From: Callorhinchus milii
Taxonomy: Eukaryota
Assembly: GCF_018977255.1 (NCBI RefSeq)
Contig: NW_024704743.1
Coordinates: 71,178,001-71,242,000 of the forward strand
DNA length: 64,000 nt
Direction: 5' to 3'
Shown here: positions 14,957 through 28,629 of the stretch, piece by piece
How the letters are laid out: every line of letters starts with the position of its first letter
How positions within the stretch are numbered: position 1 is the first letter of the stretch
Notes under the pieces: model-generated
The model's input: only the letters and a program-made list of their open reading frames with translations
What the model was told of the DNA's origin: nothing
Databases searched by the model: none
Translations under genes and position numbers: made by a program

Positions 14957-16502
14957 AAAGGCAAACAGGACCTCGGTATTGACATTTCATCTGAAAATCT
15001 GACATCTAACAATGTAGTGCTCCTGAAATGTCAGTGTAGACTTATTTAGGGCTGGAACTCACAACCTTCTGACCCAGAGGCATGAGTCCTACCACCTGAG
15101 CCAGACTGATAGTTTTCAATGAAGCCAAGTATTAGGAAGTACCACAGAAGCTGATGGAAAAACTAGAAAGAACACTGCTCAGATTGCATGTAAAATAATT
15201 GAAGAATATGTGATCTGGTGTCAGGAGGGAGGGTCACCAGGGTCCTTTAGTAGCAACAGAGATGGATTTAAACCACGATCCACAAGTTTACATTTGTTTC
15301 CACTATCTCATCCAAAGTATTGGCTGGCTCACTGGGGCAATGTCATCTGTTACCAGTAAAGTGCTCCTTCATCCCTGTGTAAATAATATGCTTTGCAAAC
15401 CTATGATCTCTTGTGATAATAAACTTTTAACATTAGAAGTCGGGCATTTCAAATAGCTTTGGGCTTAGCTGAAAGAGTCAGTGAACTTTGTGCCTTACTC
15501 AGTGATTATCCAAATCTGGTTTGGCACTGCGGCAATGGTGTAAATACTAAAAGTAATATTTTATTTCCATATTTTTTCTTGCTATGTGCCACACAATTCT
15601 TCAGTGGAAAATAGATTTCCCTGTTGTATTCTTTGAACGTTGTAGAATGAATTACAAGTTTCGGGTTATTGGTCAAATTGTTCTGCCTTATGCAGTAATG
15701 TTTGATTGAAACCTAAGTGCAATGGAAACTCACTATTAAAGACATTGAATAGACTCCTTCCACCTTGCCTCCTCATTCCCTGTCTTAAGATCACGTCTTC
15801 TTTGACCATGTCTACGGTCATCTCCCCTCTTCACTTATCCTTGCCAGGTGTCCTAGTAGAATTTTATTAAATCCAGAGAAGGAGATCAGGAGAGAGAACA
15901 TTACCTAAGTTTTTCATGTGGGTCTAATCTGAAGGGTGAGTGAACCATGTGCAAACACTTGTACAAGAGGGCAGCATCATTACTTAGGTAATCTGGATGT
16001 ATTTTTAATTGTCTGAAAATCACAAAAGTAAATCACAAAAGTCTACCTAGAACTAAAAAAATGTCTGGCATATTTCTCTTATCTTTTTAATTGCTTTTGT
16101 TCTGTTAGTGGAAACCATTGAAGAAACGGTACCCACATGAAGCATTTTGCTATAAGGGAAACATTTTAGGGATAGAAAAATAATTGCCTTTGTTTGATCT
16201 CGGCCATTAATTTTTTTTCTCCAAGTTGGAAGTGAACATTTTTGGCCAGAACCTCTGGAATTCCCTGCCTCAGTCCCACTGCCTTGTCCCCTCTTTACTC
16301 ATCTTCACATTGCACCTGAAGACTTTCCTCTTCAACTGTGCCTATGATCACCTCCAGTTTCTCCCAGGCCCATCGAACTGATTGTTCAGTGCTACCTCAC
16401 TTGGAAGATGCAATATAAATGCAAGTTGTTGTTGAAAATACCAGAGAACTGATTTTTTTCAAGGATATTAACATTGTTTCAGTTGAAAGATTGTGGTTTA
16501 TT

Positions 16503-17537
16503 TTTCCTATCTCCTACTGTGTGCAAAATGATGATGCCTCTACTCAAGTCCACACTTGCAGCATCCATTCAGTTGGCTCATTAAGAGCTTACATTTTTGA
16601 AAAATCAATTGTTATCCTATTGAATTTGACATCTGAGGGTCTACATATTTTAGAATGACATTTTTTTGGGTTGCATTAAATCACACAGTTATAAAGAACA
16701 TTAAAATTAATTAAATAAGGTTATCCTATATCTGGGAGAAATTTAGGCTCTAGAGGATTATTAATATCCTGTCTAAAATTTTAATTAAAAAGTCACAGTA
16801 AACGCAACATTGATTCCCTGCTGCTTTTAGCCATATTCATAACAATAGCTGGTACTCCTTATATCAAATGAGAGGTTGGTATATGTTCTATCCAATACAA
16901 ATTCAATTTAATTGGCTTCAAGTATAAATTGACTGTTATGCTTTATTATCCAATGTTAGTTCCCTTTTGAAAGTATCTGTTCTCCAGAGACGGAGTAGAC
17001 AGGGATCTACAGATAAATGTTATATTCAAAGCTGAAATGTCTTGTCAATTTACCGCTATTCAGTCAGTCTGATCCATTATGTTAAACGTGACTTGTACAA
17101 TTCAAAACGTTTTTCAAAACTTCTCTTGTACTAATTTAGACGCGTAATTTATATAAAGGACTGCCTTCATGGCCGTTTATGGAACAAATTGACTGCCCTG
17201 TTGGCCCTCAAAATACACTGTCAATGCACTTTATAGCAAATCCTTTGAAGTGCTTTTATATGAAATGTGCTATATCAAATACAAGATTGAACAGTACCAT
17301 TTCCTATCTCTTACTGTGTACGAAATGATGATGCCTCTACTCAAGTCCACACTTGCAACATCCATTCATTTGGCTCATTAAGAGCTTACATTTTTGAAAA
17401 ATCAATTGTTACCCTATTGACTTTGACATCTGAGGGTCTACGTATTTTAGAATGACATTTTTTGGGTTGCATTAAATCACATAACTAAAAAGAAAATTAA
17501 AATTAATTAAATTAGGTTATCCTATATCTGGGAGAAA
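16503..17537 (+). repeat. Local direct duplication of about 238 bp (16503-16741 and 17300-17537)
   Basis: Both copies run TTCCTATCTC...GATGATGCCTCTACTCAAGTCCACACTTGC...CCTATATCTGGGAGAAA with scattered substitutions. Confidence 0.92.
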
Positions 17538-17964
17538 CAGTAACATTGCAATACAATGCTATTTCTTCTTTGTACTTGAATTGTGTACGGAACACTCTTG
17601 GCTCGAGAGGTGGTTAATACATTACTGATACTCTGAGTGAATCTGGTGACTACCCTAATGAGTGAATGATCAACCCACAATAGTCCAGGACCTGGAGTTA
17701 CCTCACAATGGTCCTTCCCTTTTAACTGGAAGTTCATCAATTTCTCATTGGTTCTTCTGTTTCCCTTGTTTTAAAAATTTTTTTTTTTTCAAATACCATG
17801 AAGCTTATAGACCATGGAATCTGGTTCATACGTTCTCTCTTCAAGCCTCTTGGCTCATGTGATCTGAACTTCCTCTCCTAGAAGAATGCTTTGCTCTTAC
17901 ATATGGTATTCAATCAAGGTGTGCATCAATTGCATTCCCAAGTTACAATTAATATAATAATATA

Positions 17965-18277
17965 TAATAATAATCCTTGCATTTGATATAGTGCTTTTCA
18001 CTTCTTCCAGACTTCTCAAAGCGCTTCACAGAATATACTGTAAAGTGAAATGACTGTATACTTGTGGGCAAAACACGGCAGCCAATTGTGCACAGCAGTG
18101 TCCCCACAAACAGTCATGAATTGAAGTGACCAATTTTTTTTGTTATTTTTTTTCTTGAGGGATTATTATCAGGTGTGTGGAGTAAGGAAACCTACCTAAG
18201 GTTTCACCCTGCCAGGAATTGAACCCAGGTCTCTCACTGGCAAGGCGAGTGCCCTAACCACTGAGCTATAGGACTCC
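17965..18277 (-). mobile_element. tRNA-derived SINE, short form (more diverged)
   Basis: Reverse complement family copy. Confidence 0.88.
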
Positions 18278-19149
18278 TGTACAATTAAAGGTCATGTGCA
18301 ACTTTAGACCTACACCTTAGTCTGTTCTCTGTCACATCAATTAGAGCTGCAATAGAAATTCCACAGTGTTGACATCTGGAATCTTGTCAGCTCTTTGTGG
18401 TATAAAGTACTGAAGAAACAAGGGAACGGATACCTTTTCTAAACAAGATCAGTGACTTGGCTAATGATTTGTATCTTTCATTGCTTTTGTCTCACCGGTA
18501 CTAAACCTTTGGACTTGCTAAAAAGGACAAAAGAATTAGGTTATTTAGCTTTGATCTTTGTGCTAGCGTTACTCTTCCATTCAAATTCTACAACCCTGCT
18601 CTTTCACCCACAAAGTGTACAGTCAATTCACTTTACAGTATATTCTGTGAAGTGCTTTGAGACGTGATAAGCGCTCAATGACGTGATAAGGTGCTGTATC
18701 AAATGCAAGGATTATTAACATTATTATTTATTTACTTATTATTTCCACAAGTATTCGACCAACATCCTTTGAAATTCTGATGTGAAGTAGCCTTCAACAA
18801 TCATAAGGCATTACAGCTCAAACATCGCTCTGTGTAAGAACATTTAAGCTATTGAAAATGTTCATGATTTTGCAAACCTATATAACGTTTCTTTCTCCAA
18901 AGTTCTTCTCTTGCTCTTCTTATACCTTATATTTTACAAATTTAGCATGATCTCCTTGCTCTTGCATTGATTGTGCCTAAATGTAGAACCTAAAATTCTT
19001 TTTCTTATTTGAGATCCTGTCCACTGTATAGTTGTACTTGTAGGTCTCTGCTACTCCACTCCATTAAGAATATTATCAAAGCGCTTTACAGAATATATTG
19101 TAAAGTGAATTGACTGTGTATTTTGTGAGCGAAACACGACTGCTGAATT

Positions 19150-19690
19150 ACGTTTGCTGCCTATCTACTTATTCTGCTAACAGTTATCCTTTTTTAAATC
19201 TTCTGCATACCTCCACCAAATTTACCATACCTCCTTATTCAGTATCATCATAAAACTTTGACACTTTACAATCTAGGAATGTCCAGATTATTTGTTTATT
19301 ATACATATATTTAAGAAAGGGTGGAATTTAAAGAGCAGCCCTAGAATAGACTACTGAACGACTGACTGCACTCACTAGTTTAAAGCTGCTAAGCTTTACT
19401 TTCTGTCCTTAAACAAATTCTCTCACCATGCTGCCACATCCATATATACATTCATTTATGCACCAAATCTCATGTTGCACTTTAACAAATGGCTTCTGAA
19501 AATCCATACTAGCATCCAGTGTATTTCTCTTATCTTCACATTCGGTTAATTCCTCAAAGAATTCAATTAAACTTGGTTGAGAATAACGCCTTTCATAAAT
19601 CTGGTGAGGATTTATCCAGATTAACCCATTCCTGTTCAATTACTTCCTAAATATGGAGTCTGGAAGTCCCTAAATAACGACTATAAAACC
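19150..19690 (-). mobile_element. Degraded CR1 RT fragment
   Basis: SLIEFFEELTEC.DK....D...MDFQKPF.KV.H motif; a similar + strand remnant lies at about 10380-10810 (KFADDTKL). Confidence 0.75.
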
Positions 19691-20009
19691 AACATGTCTT
19701 GGGTTAAACCCTCAATGTTATATTTTGTTATAACTACTTGAATTTATACAATACTTTTCACATAAAAGGTCTCAACCACACAACAATTGTTATATTTTCT
19801 CCATTTTCTGGAATTCTTTCAAAACCATTATTTGCAAAGCTAAAACTGGGAGCAATGTACATAACTTCACCAAACGTGGCTTTATAACTGCTGAAGACTA
19901 CAAACCTCTCTGCACTTGCATAAGGACAGTCTTCCCCTGCTTCTTGATTGACTAATAATTCTAGCATTTGATATAGTGCCTTTCACATCAGGAGGACAAC
20001 TCAGAGGAA

Positions 20010-20412
20010 TATCAGCCTGGCTCAGTTGCTCATCTCTTGCCTGTGAGTCAGAAGGTTGCGGGTTCAAGAGAGGCTTTGATTTCATTAGTCCAGGCTGATA
20101 CTCCAGTGCAGAACTGGGGGAGCACTGCATCTGTTGAACCCACGTTCTTTTGAATGAGACATTAAATGTCTAAGGTGGACGTCAAAAGATCCCATAGCAC
20201 TATTCAAAAAGAGAAGGGAGTTTCATTTGGGGTCCTGACTAATAATCCCCCATATAAAATAGTTCTTTCACTTCATGGCTGTTTGTGGGACATTGTTGTG
20301 CACAAATTGGCTTCCACCTACAAATGTGCAGTAACTATACTTTACTGTAAATCCTGTGAAGTGCTTTGACATTCTTCCCAATATGAAAGGTCCAAAAGCA
20401 AGGATTTTTATT
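20010..20412 (+). mobile_element. Older DeuSINE-like element (SacSINE1/AmnSINE1-type core)
   Basis: GGCTCAGTTG...GAGTCAGAAGGTTGCGGGTTCAAG head; core AGGTGGACGTCAAAAGATCCCATAGCACTATTCAAAAAGAGAAGGGAGTT resembles the Deu domain. Confidence 0.75.
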
Positions 20413-22245
20413 ATTGTTTTATCATCATCACTATTAAGAACAGCATTGGGGTCTGGTTGCAGATACAAATGCTTTGAAGGGATGTAACTATCACTGAATT
20501 TACCCCATTGTTCTCTTCCTCCCACCGAGACACACACACTACACTTTTCTTCCACAAACATAATTTCTTAGAACTTGTAATAGTTCCTTACCCATTTGTT
20601 AATTGATCAGAGAACTTGATTGAACTTATCAAGTTTTATAATTTTTTGGAATTAGTCCATTGAAACAATCCTGCTGAAACTTGATACGGATCACATCAGT
20701 GAAAATATAACAGTGAGAGATAATTCCAATTTATTTCCAACCCATGTAGTGCAACAAGAAAATAAAATGATCCTATATTGCTTCAATACCAGTACATCTT
20801 GCTCTGACAATGAGGTGTTATAAGATTTGTGCTCTTTTACGCTTGAAGTATTCTTCCTGTGGATGAACACCTTAAACAATCTATTTTTATTGCCTGAAAT
20901 CTACTATTTTTATTACCCAACAACCAAATGATTTTCTTCAAAAGAAGCATTTTGTAAACATTTTTGGCATTTTATTCCTTCCAGCAACTCAGCCAAGTAC
21001 CTATCATGAAGCACAAATGGATTTTGGGCTGTGGTTGAGACCTTTTACGTGAAAGGCATTGTATAAATTCAAGTAGTTATAATAAAATATATACAGCATA
21101 AATGCAGATTGGAGAGATGTTATACCTCTTCTCTGTAATATAATCCATCAGCTCCAAATAAAATTCTGGATACATGAAAGAGCCAATACTACAACTTGAA
21201 CAGGACTATAACGTGGCATCTTGTAGCTTAGTGGTTAGCGCTCTCATCTTGCAAGCGAGATGATCCGGGTTTAATTCCTGGGCCGGGCGAAACCTTAGTC
21301 AAGTTTATTTACTCCACCCTCTATCTACTACTAAATTGGAAAAGCGGTCCGCCAATCGACTAACAACTGGGTTCCTGTTTACTGCTAGGTAAACAGAGGC
21401 ATGTGGAGTAAGGAAACTTGCCCAACATTTTGCCCTGCTGGGAATCAAACCCAGGTATCTTGCTTATGAGGTGAGTGCTCCAACCACTGAGCTGCAGGAC
21501 TCCACTAAGGGGTCATTTGTCCAATTGCATGAGGTCTTGATCAAAATGTGTCTAGTTGTACTGAAAGAAAAACTTTTAAGATCTTAAGGAACAATTTTTC
21601 CATCTTTTGAAGCTGAGAATGTTTCATGACACTTGTCCAGCTAGAGCTGCCCTACCCATTCAAGCGTTGGCTCACAGGTTTCTGCAGCTCCATGCAGACA
21701 GGTCAATTATCAATAATATTGAGGGTTTCTTAGGACTTGCATGACTTTGCCAGGCGTGAGATCTTGGAGACAGTTCACAAGATCTCGAGAGGTTTGGATG
21801 AAAAAGACCTTTCAACCCATTCAGTCTCATCCTTCTAAAAAAAAACACATTACTGTCCTCCCAACACAATTTCAAACTGTCTTTAATAAGCCCAGTATTC
21901 TCACCTTGACCACCCTTCTTGGTAACCTGTTCTTCTGGGCAATTAAATATCTGTCCTGAAATCACTCTTTGCAACTCTAAACCAGTGTCCTGTCATTCTG
22001 CTGTCTCCGAAAGTATTGTTCAACAAAGAGAGACACTGCTTACTTTCTTCGAACCACAAATCTAGATGGAAGATCATCAGAAGATGGACGTGGAAACTCT
22101 TGAGATACGAGATGGCAGTTCACGGGTTTCTGGATGTGGCAGACACTTGTCTGACCAAAAGAAAACAAAATAATTGATGTGTATATTGGGCTGTCTACTG
22201 TATTGAGAAGAATTGCGGTACTCATCAGTGCTTTGTTTGTTTCAG

Positions 22246-22416
22246 ACTTGTCTTCGACATCCAGACTGTGAATCAGCTAGAATAAATAAAGGTGGAGTTT
22301 TTCACCGCATGAGGTTGGCATTGGATCAGGTGATTGAGATTGTCACAGACTCAAGACAGAATGGAGAAAATGAAATTCATCCTTCGAGTATCTATGCTGA
22401 CATCAACGAATTTAAG
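22246..22416 (+). CDS. CTNNAL1: Alpha-catulin coding exon (TCLRHPDCESARINKGGVFHRMRLALDQVIEIVTD...INEFK)
   Basis: ttcag|ACT...AAG|gtaag; 171 nt, phase 0-0; continues frame from previous exon. Confidence 0.95.
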
Positions 22417-23991
22417 GTAAGAAAGAAAGGAACAAGTACAACCAGAATTGCACTATGCGTGGGGTTGTTATGCTTATGCTGCTGTGTCTTTTATGGGTAT
22501 GTTTTCCCACAGAAGCTTTAAAATGATTAAAACATACGCCACCGTTCTATTTTGAAACAAAAATCCACTCTGGATTACACTGGCAAAGCTTTTATGAGCT
22601 GTTTCTGTATGGTTTGTTTTGCAGTGAAATCCGCAAAAGTGTAACTGCAGCTGATACATTACAACATGTGGCCACTTAAAAGAAAAGCCTAGCTCAGTGC
22701 TGCCTGGGTTCCCTGCCGACAGGAGATAATACAATAGCACATATTGATCAGAAGTACATTCTGGAGCTTTTCATGGATGATCACTCCAACATTTAATTCC
22801 TAATTCAAAGCCATTTTCCAGCCAAATTTCAAAAAAAATCTCAGAAAATACTGCAGCTAAAATTGCTGTGTGCAACAAGAATGGAGACAATTTTGACCGT
22901 CACAAAAGAGGCAAAATTGACATAATTCTCCCTCTTTCATGTTTAGTTCATTATGCTATTTCAGGCCACAATATAAATGGGATTGAATGCAGTGATTCAT
23001 GCTGAAACCTAGACTACCTTAAGGAGGTTGTTTTGTCAGTAAATCAATTTACATTATTTCAGTGTAAATGTGCATCGATTCAACCTTGACTCAAAACTGC
23101 AACACCTGAGAGCTTACAGTGTTAACTAAACAGTTAGTCAACGATGTGCTTTGCTTCGTCCCTAAGCAGATATCTCTTCCAGAAGAAACAATGCAGTAGT
23201 AGACTGGGTGGTAGATTTAGACATCCCACCCTGGTGTTTCTCTCTGGGTTTATTCAGGGGATAGATGTCTGAGCACAGATTGAGCTCAGCTGAAGAAACA
23301 CTGAGAGGCCACTTTATTGATGCTCAAAGTGATTGCCATGAAGTGGGAATCCAAAATGATGGTGTCCAGCTGGGTTGGGTGCTACCATTTTTCAGAAGTC
23401 TAAAGAGTTTTTAGCCAGTAAATCTCATTCCCTAAATCTGGAATAGATAGCAGAGGAACAATAAATTGCATTTATATAGTGCCTTTCACATCAGGAGAAC
23501 ATCCCAAGGTGTTGGAGAGTCAAGTGGCTGCACCTGAGATGGGGTATTAGATACAAGAGGGGTGGGGCCCAAAGGAGGGTGGGGGTGGGAGGAAGACTTA
23601 AAGCCCGATCAAAGAGGAAAATCTTGAGATGGATCTTGAAGGAGGTGATGGAAGGAAAGAGACTCCGGAATGGAGCTCCAGAGAGTGGCAAGGGATATGG
23701 TGAAAGGGCAGGGCTTTGGGATTAAAAGATCTGCTAAAATTTAATAAACTGGTGGAACAAAAACATCTTGCATTGATATAGCTCCCTTCACGAGGGCTAG
23801 CATGTCAGAGTGCTTAAACAAGCACAGTAGCCTGAATGGCCTCCTCCAGATCTTGATTTCCTATGTTTTCTTTGAATACATTTTAGGAACACTGCAATTC
23901 AACCCATGTTTTACAAATCAATGTTTATTTTCATGAGAGAACATTTTATTTAATCCATTGCAGGACTTAACAGTCTTTTTTGCTTGCCTAG

Positions 23992-24192
23992 ATGAAGATT
24001 GAAAGCGTCCGAGACAACTTGCAGGGGATTTCTAAGGAGAGCCTGGCTGCAATGCTGGAGTTGATCCTGGAGCACACAGAGGACTTCACCGATTCTGCAT
24101 ATACCAGTCATGAAAACCGAGAGCGCATTGTGGAGCTATCCAGGCAGGCCAGATTAGAGCTGGAACAGCTGGTTATGGTGTGGACACAAGCA
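23992..24192 (+). CDS. CTNNAL1: Alpha-catulin coding exon (MKIESVRDNL...HTEDFTDSAYTSHENRERIVEL...WTQA)
   Basis: cctag|ATG...GCA|gtaag; 201 nt; contains the DFTDSAYTSHEnRERI motif typical of alpha-catulin. Confidence 0.96.
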
Positions 24193-24286
24193 GTAAGACT
24201 CAGGCAGTTTAACCATATATAAAGCTTAAATGTGTTCAGGCGTACAATTTACTTTAAGCTTTTACGTGTGATGTGGCTGCAAAATG

Positions 24287-24650
24287 TGGAATCTGTAGCT
24301 TAGTGGTTAGAGCACTCGCCTCCCAAGCAAGAGACCTGTGTTTGATTGCCGGCAGGGCAAAACACTGAGCAAATTTCCTTACTCTACATGCCTCTATTTA
24401 CCTAGCAGTAAGTAGGAACCCGGTTGTTAGTCGGTGGCAGATCGCGTTTCCGGGGGTAATAATCCCTTCAAAAAAAATAATAAATTGGTTGCTCAATCCA
24501 CGACTGTTTGTGGGACACTGCTGTGCATATTTGGCTGCTGCGTTTCGCCCACAAATTATACAGTTAATTCACTTTGCAGAACATTCTGTGAAGTGCTTTG
24601 AGACGTCTCAAAAACGTGATAACATTGCATATCAAATGCAATTATTATTA
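24287..24650 (+). mobile_element. tRNA-derived SINE, long form with extra central segment
   Basis: Same head and tail as the short form plus TTTACCTAGCAGTAAGTAGGAACCCGGTTGTTAGTCG...GATCGCGTTTCC. Confidence 0.88.
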
Positions 24651-27487
24651 ATATAAACACCCAAGTTTAATTTAAACGGCTTCAGTTTTTAATTTTATGT
24701 ACAGATCCCCTTAATAGACCCCAAATTTGGTCTTAACTTGTTAGCTGTTTATTTGTAGATCTTTAAGTGAACTCATATCTAAAATCAGTATGAATTGAGT
24801 TTTCCACAATTTAAAACAAAATAAGCAGGTAGTTTTGTGGCTCTGCTGTTGTCGATGAGTTGAGAGCAAGTTTAACAATGCAGGACCTTTGCAGGTACTC
24901 ATGTGAAGTAAAAACACCAGACAAAGTGGATGAGATGATTGGTCTGTTTCTGAGCTGTACCTTTTATTAATCTATGACGTATACAGCAGAGTAACAGTAG
25001 AAACCTTCTTTGACTTGGAATGTTTCATTTGCAAGCCGTATTGGTATTTTCTCTCTTTAAATTTTTGTGTGAATTTTTGAGCTTGGAAGAGCTCATTAGT
25101 CCGGCAGAATGGTTCAATTTACAAGCATAGAATTGACAGATAGAAGAGGTAGCTGTCAATTGGGTTATCATTCTTCAGAACTTTCCCTCGATCAACTGTA
25201 ATTCCAGTTGTTCCTGGGTTTGTTCTTATGTTCCTCAGCACATTCAGATCCTTTTTTTAAGCTAAGTTAAATGCAAAATAAACTCTATTTTCTATGTCCC
25301 AACAATTAGAGAGAAATATCACTTGGATCTAAATGTATTCTCTTTATGTTATATTTTGGAGCATAAGGGATGTGTCAGTTTTTTTTAAAAAAAAGTCTCA
25401 ATTTGGAAGCCAAAAAAAAAAGTACGTTTTTTCAGAAACTTCAGAAACCCGAAGTCATGTCTTTCATGGTCATTCGAATGTCTGAATTCAACAGTTTGCG
25501 AAGTTCCGGATGCTCTGAAATGTTGCAGAAAGTGAGAAAAGCTAGAAAATTTCCAGGTGAAATTTCTCTCTCTATGTGCCTTAGCTCCCATTTCAGGTGA
25601 GTACCCATATTGTTCCAGTTTAAGATTTCCATTTCCCACAGCAAATGTCCCTTTGTTCTTCATGAGTATAGGAAGGTGGTCCAACAATGCAGCATATTGG
25701 ATAAATTCTGTAGCAGCCCAGCCATTCCCTCTGCTCAGTGAGCATTGACCTGTTTCATGTCCCCTATCCTATCTGTCTCATTATTAATAGTTAGGCTTTC
25801 AGTCTATCTGTTCCCACTTTCTGGAACTCCATCCGGGTGTCTCTCCGACTCAGCCCGACTTCATGTCTTTCATGGTCATTCTAATGACCTTTCTTTTTGC
25901 CTGGGCCTTCATTCATCTTTACCCTCACCATTCCCCCTCGGCTCCCACCCTCAGCTCAGGTGCCCAGCCAGCACTGTCAAGTGCCTTGGGATGTCTTACC
26001 GATATAAAAGGCGCCACATACATGTATGTTCATATTGTATGTTACTAGACTTCGATGTGAGGATTTTTTTAATCCTTCAGAGCAAATATGTAGTAGATTT
26101 CTGTCCTTCATCTAATCCCACTGCAACCTGAGTCATGACTGCAAATTCATTTTTATCTGGCACAGCCCCAGAGAGAGAAAATGTTCATCCTATTATTCCT
26201 CAGGACCAGAGAGTGTCCAAAGCCAATGTTAGATATTCGTGATATTGTCCAATTGTGTCCTTTTTGGAAGGGAAGATTAAAAAATTTGGCTTTACTGAGA
26301 GAGTGGTTGGAATGTGAAATACTCTGCTACAAGTCATTGCTGAGACAGATCATAGATCATTTTAAAAGATAATTAGATAGATACTTGAAAACGAGGAATA
26401 TTAAAGAGTACATGCAGTGACCAGAAGAGGGAGAATACATTTGGTGATCCATATGGAGGGAAAAAACACAGTGACACAGACTGCAAAGTCAAAATGGCAT
26501 GTCTGTTCTGTAACATTTTATGGTTCTAAGTTCAATACAACCAAAGAATGATTCATAAAATATTTATAAATCTTTGATTTCTAGTCTAAACAGTGGGGTA
26601 TCAGACATATAGTTCTTTTGAGGTTTGTGCAATTACTTATTTGCTCATCTATAAATATCTGTAGCTAAAGTGCTAATTTACTTTCTTCCACATGTCATCT
26701 TGACGCCAGTATCGGCCGGGGAGAGGTTATTTAAGGCTTTTTAGCAGGAAGGGCATTGGAGGGTCCAAGAATATTCTCTTCACTGGTTTCTATATGTTGC
26801 TGCTGTGCCATCTTTTTATTGCATTCTTTCTCCTGTAGCAATCATTATTTGCATTCAAAATGGTCCTGCGACCAAGCTTGGTTACAGCCTGTGGGCAAAA
26901 GAATTAATAAGCTATGCTTTGTTTTGCTTGATTTTACAAGAAGCCTTTTAAAATCTTGATCTTATGCCCAATCCTCGCTTTCAAATTTGCATAAAGCGTA
27001 GGAAGGCTTTTCCTATCACCAGCCATGGCTGGTATCTTCTTGTTTCTGCTTCAGAAAGTTGGAATAAATTATCAAATCCAAGATGGTCGATCTGGCAATG
27101 ACTTCTATGCCTGCGGGAATCAAGAGCTTTTAGACACATCTCTGATCCTATTACCAGCAGCATTCTTACAAAAGAGGAATTATCCAAGCATCAGGAAAAG
27201 CCTTAAGTGGAGAGCCTTTCCACTATTGCCTTTGGGATCTGTTGCACAAAAATGGTAACTTTAACCTAGGCTATGGCGCTTGCCCTAAATTTTTCTCATA
27301 ATCATTGAACATGGCAAAACCAAATCTCTGGCTGATGGTGTATCTTAGCAAACGTAGCAAAGAGTAGCACTTGTGAATTTCCAAGCATTTCTGGAGCCAG
27401 AACATATCAATTCAAGGGATCTGCACCTCCTTAATTCAGATTTTCCAAAGTGTCTCTACGTGGTGGTGGAGAGGACAAGAAATGAGA

Positions 27488-27662
27488 CTAATAATAATAA
27501 TCTTTGCATTTGATATAGCGCTTTATCATGTCTTCAAAACGCCTCAAAGCGCTTCACAGAATATACTGTAAAGTGAATTGACTGTATATTTTTATGGGCG
27601 AAACGCGGCAACCAATTGCACACAGCAGTGTCCCACAAACAGTCATGGATTGAGTGACCAAA
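27488..27662 (-). mobile_element. 5'-truncated SINE 3' half
   Basis: Tail region only; similar tail-only copies at about 9790-9925, 18600-18725, 46323-46436, 48785-48892, 55502-55620. Confidence 0.8.
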
Positions 27663-27733
27663 TTACACCCGGTTTATGGGAATTTAAGAGTAAATATTTC
27701 AAGAGTGAAGCTTGTAACTCTCAGTTTTGATTT

Positions 27734-27761
27734 GTGTGTATGTGTGTGTGTGTGTGTGTGT
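27734..27761. repeat. (TG)n microsatellite
   Basis: Interrupted TG dinucleotide run. Confidence 0.9.
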
Positions 27762-28629
27762 ACATAGACCTGCCAGAGATTCGCTGTGATTTATACATGA
27801 GGAAAGCATTCCATTTCTGATTAGAAAATCCGCCTGATTAGTCTCTGTCAATCAGAGCAGAAAAGAGATGTATTTTTCTACTATACATAGGAAGAGGAAA
27901 GGGGAATGTTAGGTGCTAAAAAGACAATTGTCCTGAAAATATTACGAATCGGTTATACTAACTTATTCTGATGAATGTGAAATACTGCACCTCTAGTGAA
28001 TTATTAGATCTTTATAATGTATAATGTCATGAATGAATCACAGTCCTGAAATTCCTTATGCTCTTAAAAATTAAAGATGAGTATATTTCTTAGGAGGAAG
28101 CATGGTCCCCTGGAGTGGTACTGGCTCCAAGATACTTCATCCCACTCAGATCCTGATAATCCTGCAAGCCAAGGGTAGGGTGGTCCTTCCTGAACAAGCA
28201 GCGGGAAAGCTGGCCTGTCAGTGCTATCAATGGCAAGCTCCGCGGTTTTAGCTGGTGAAGCTCCAGTAGTACCCCACACACACTCTAGGGTCACTGGGCT
28301 TTAGCTCGTGCCAACATGTGGCTAATATTCTCTGTAATTAGGTAAGCAGGATGGGTCCCTCCAGGGAGAGAATGTGCATTCCATTCCAATACACAGGAAT
28401 TTCCATGTGTAGGTGGGGTGTATGCAATTCTTGCTTTGTTTTGGATACAATTAAGCATGGTGATGGGTTTCCGCATCAGATACCCAGCTGTCCAAAAAAA
28501 AGCTGAAGGGTAAATGGAGAGCATGTGTACTAGGTTCACTTTCTTACACTATGTTTAAAGCTTGTTTAATAATGTTATTGTATTGCTTTAGTTGTCTTTT
28601 TAAACCTATTTTCTCTTACTTTACAACAG

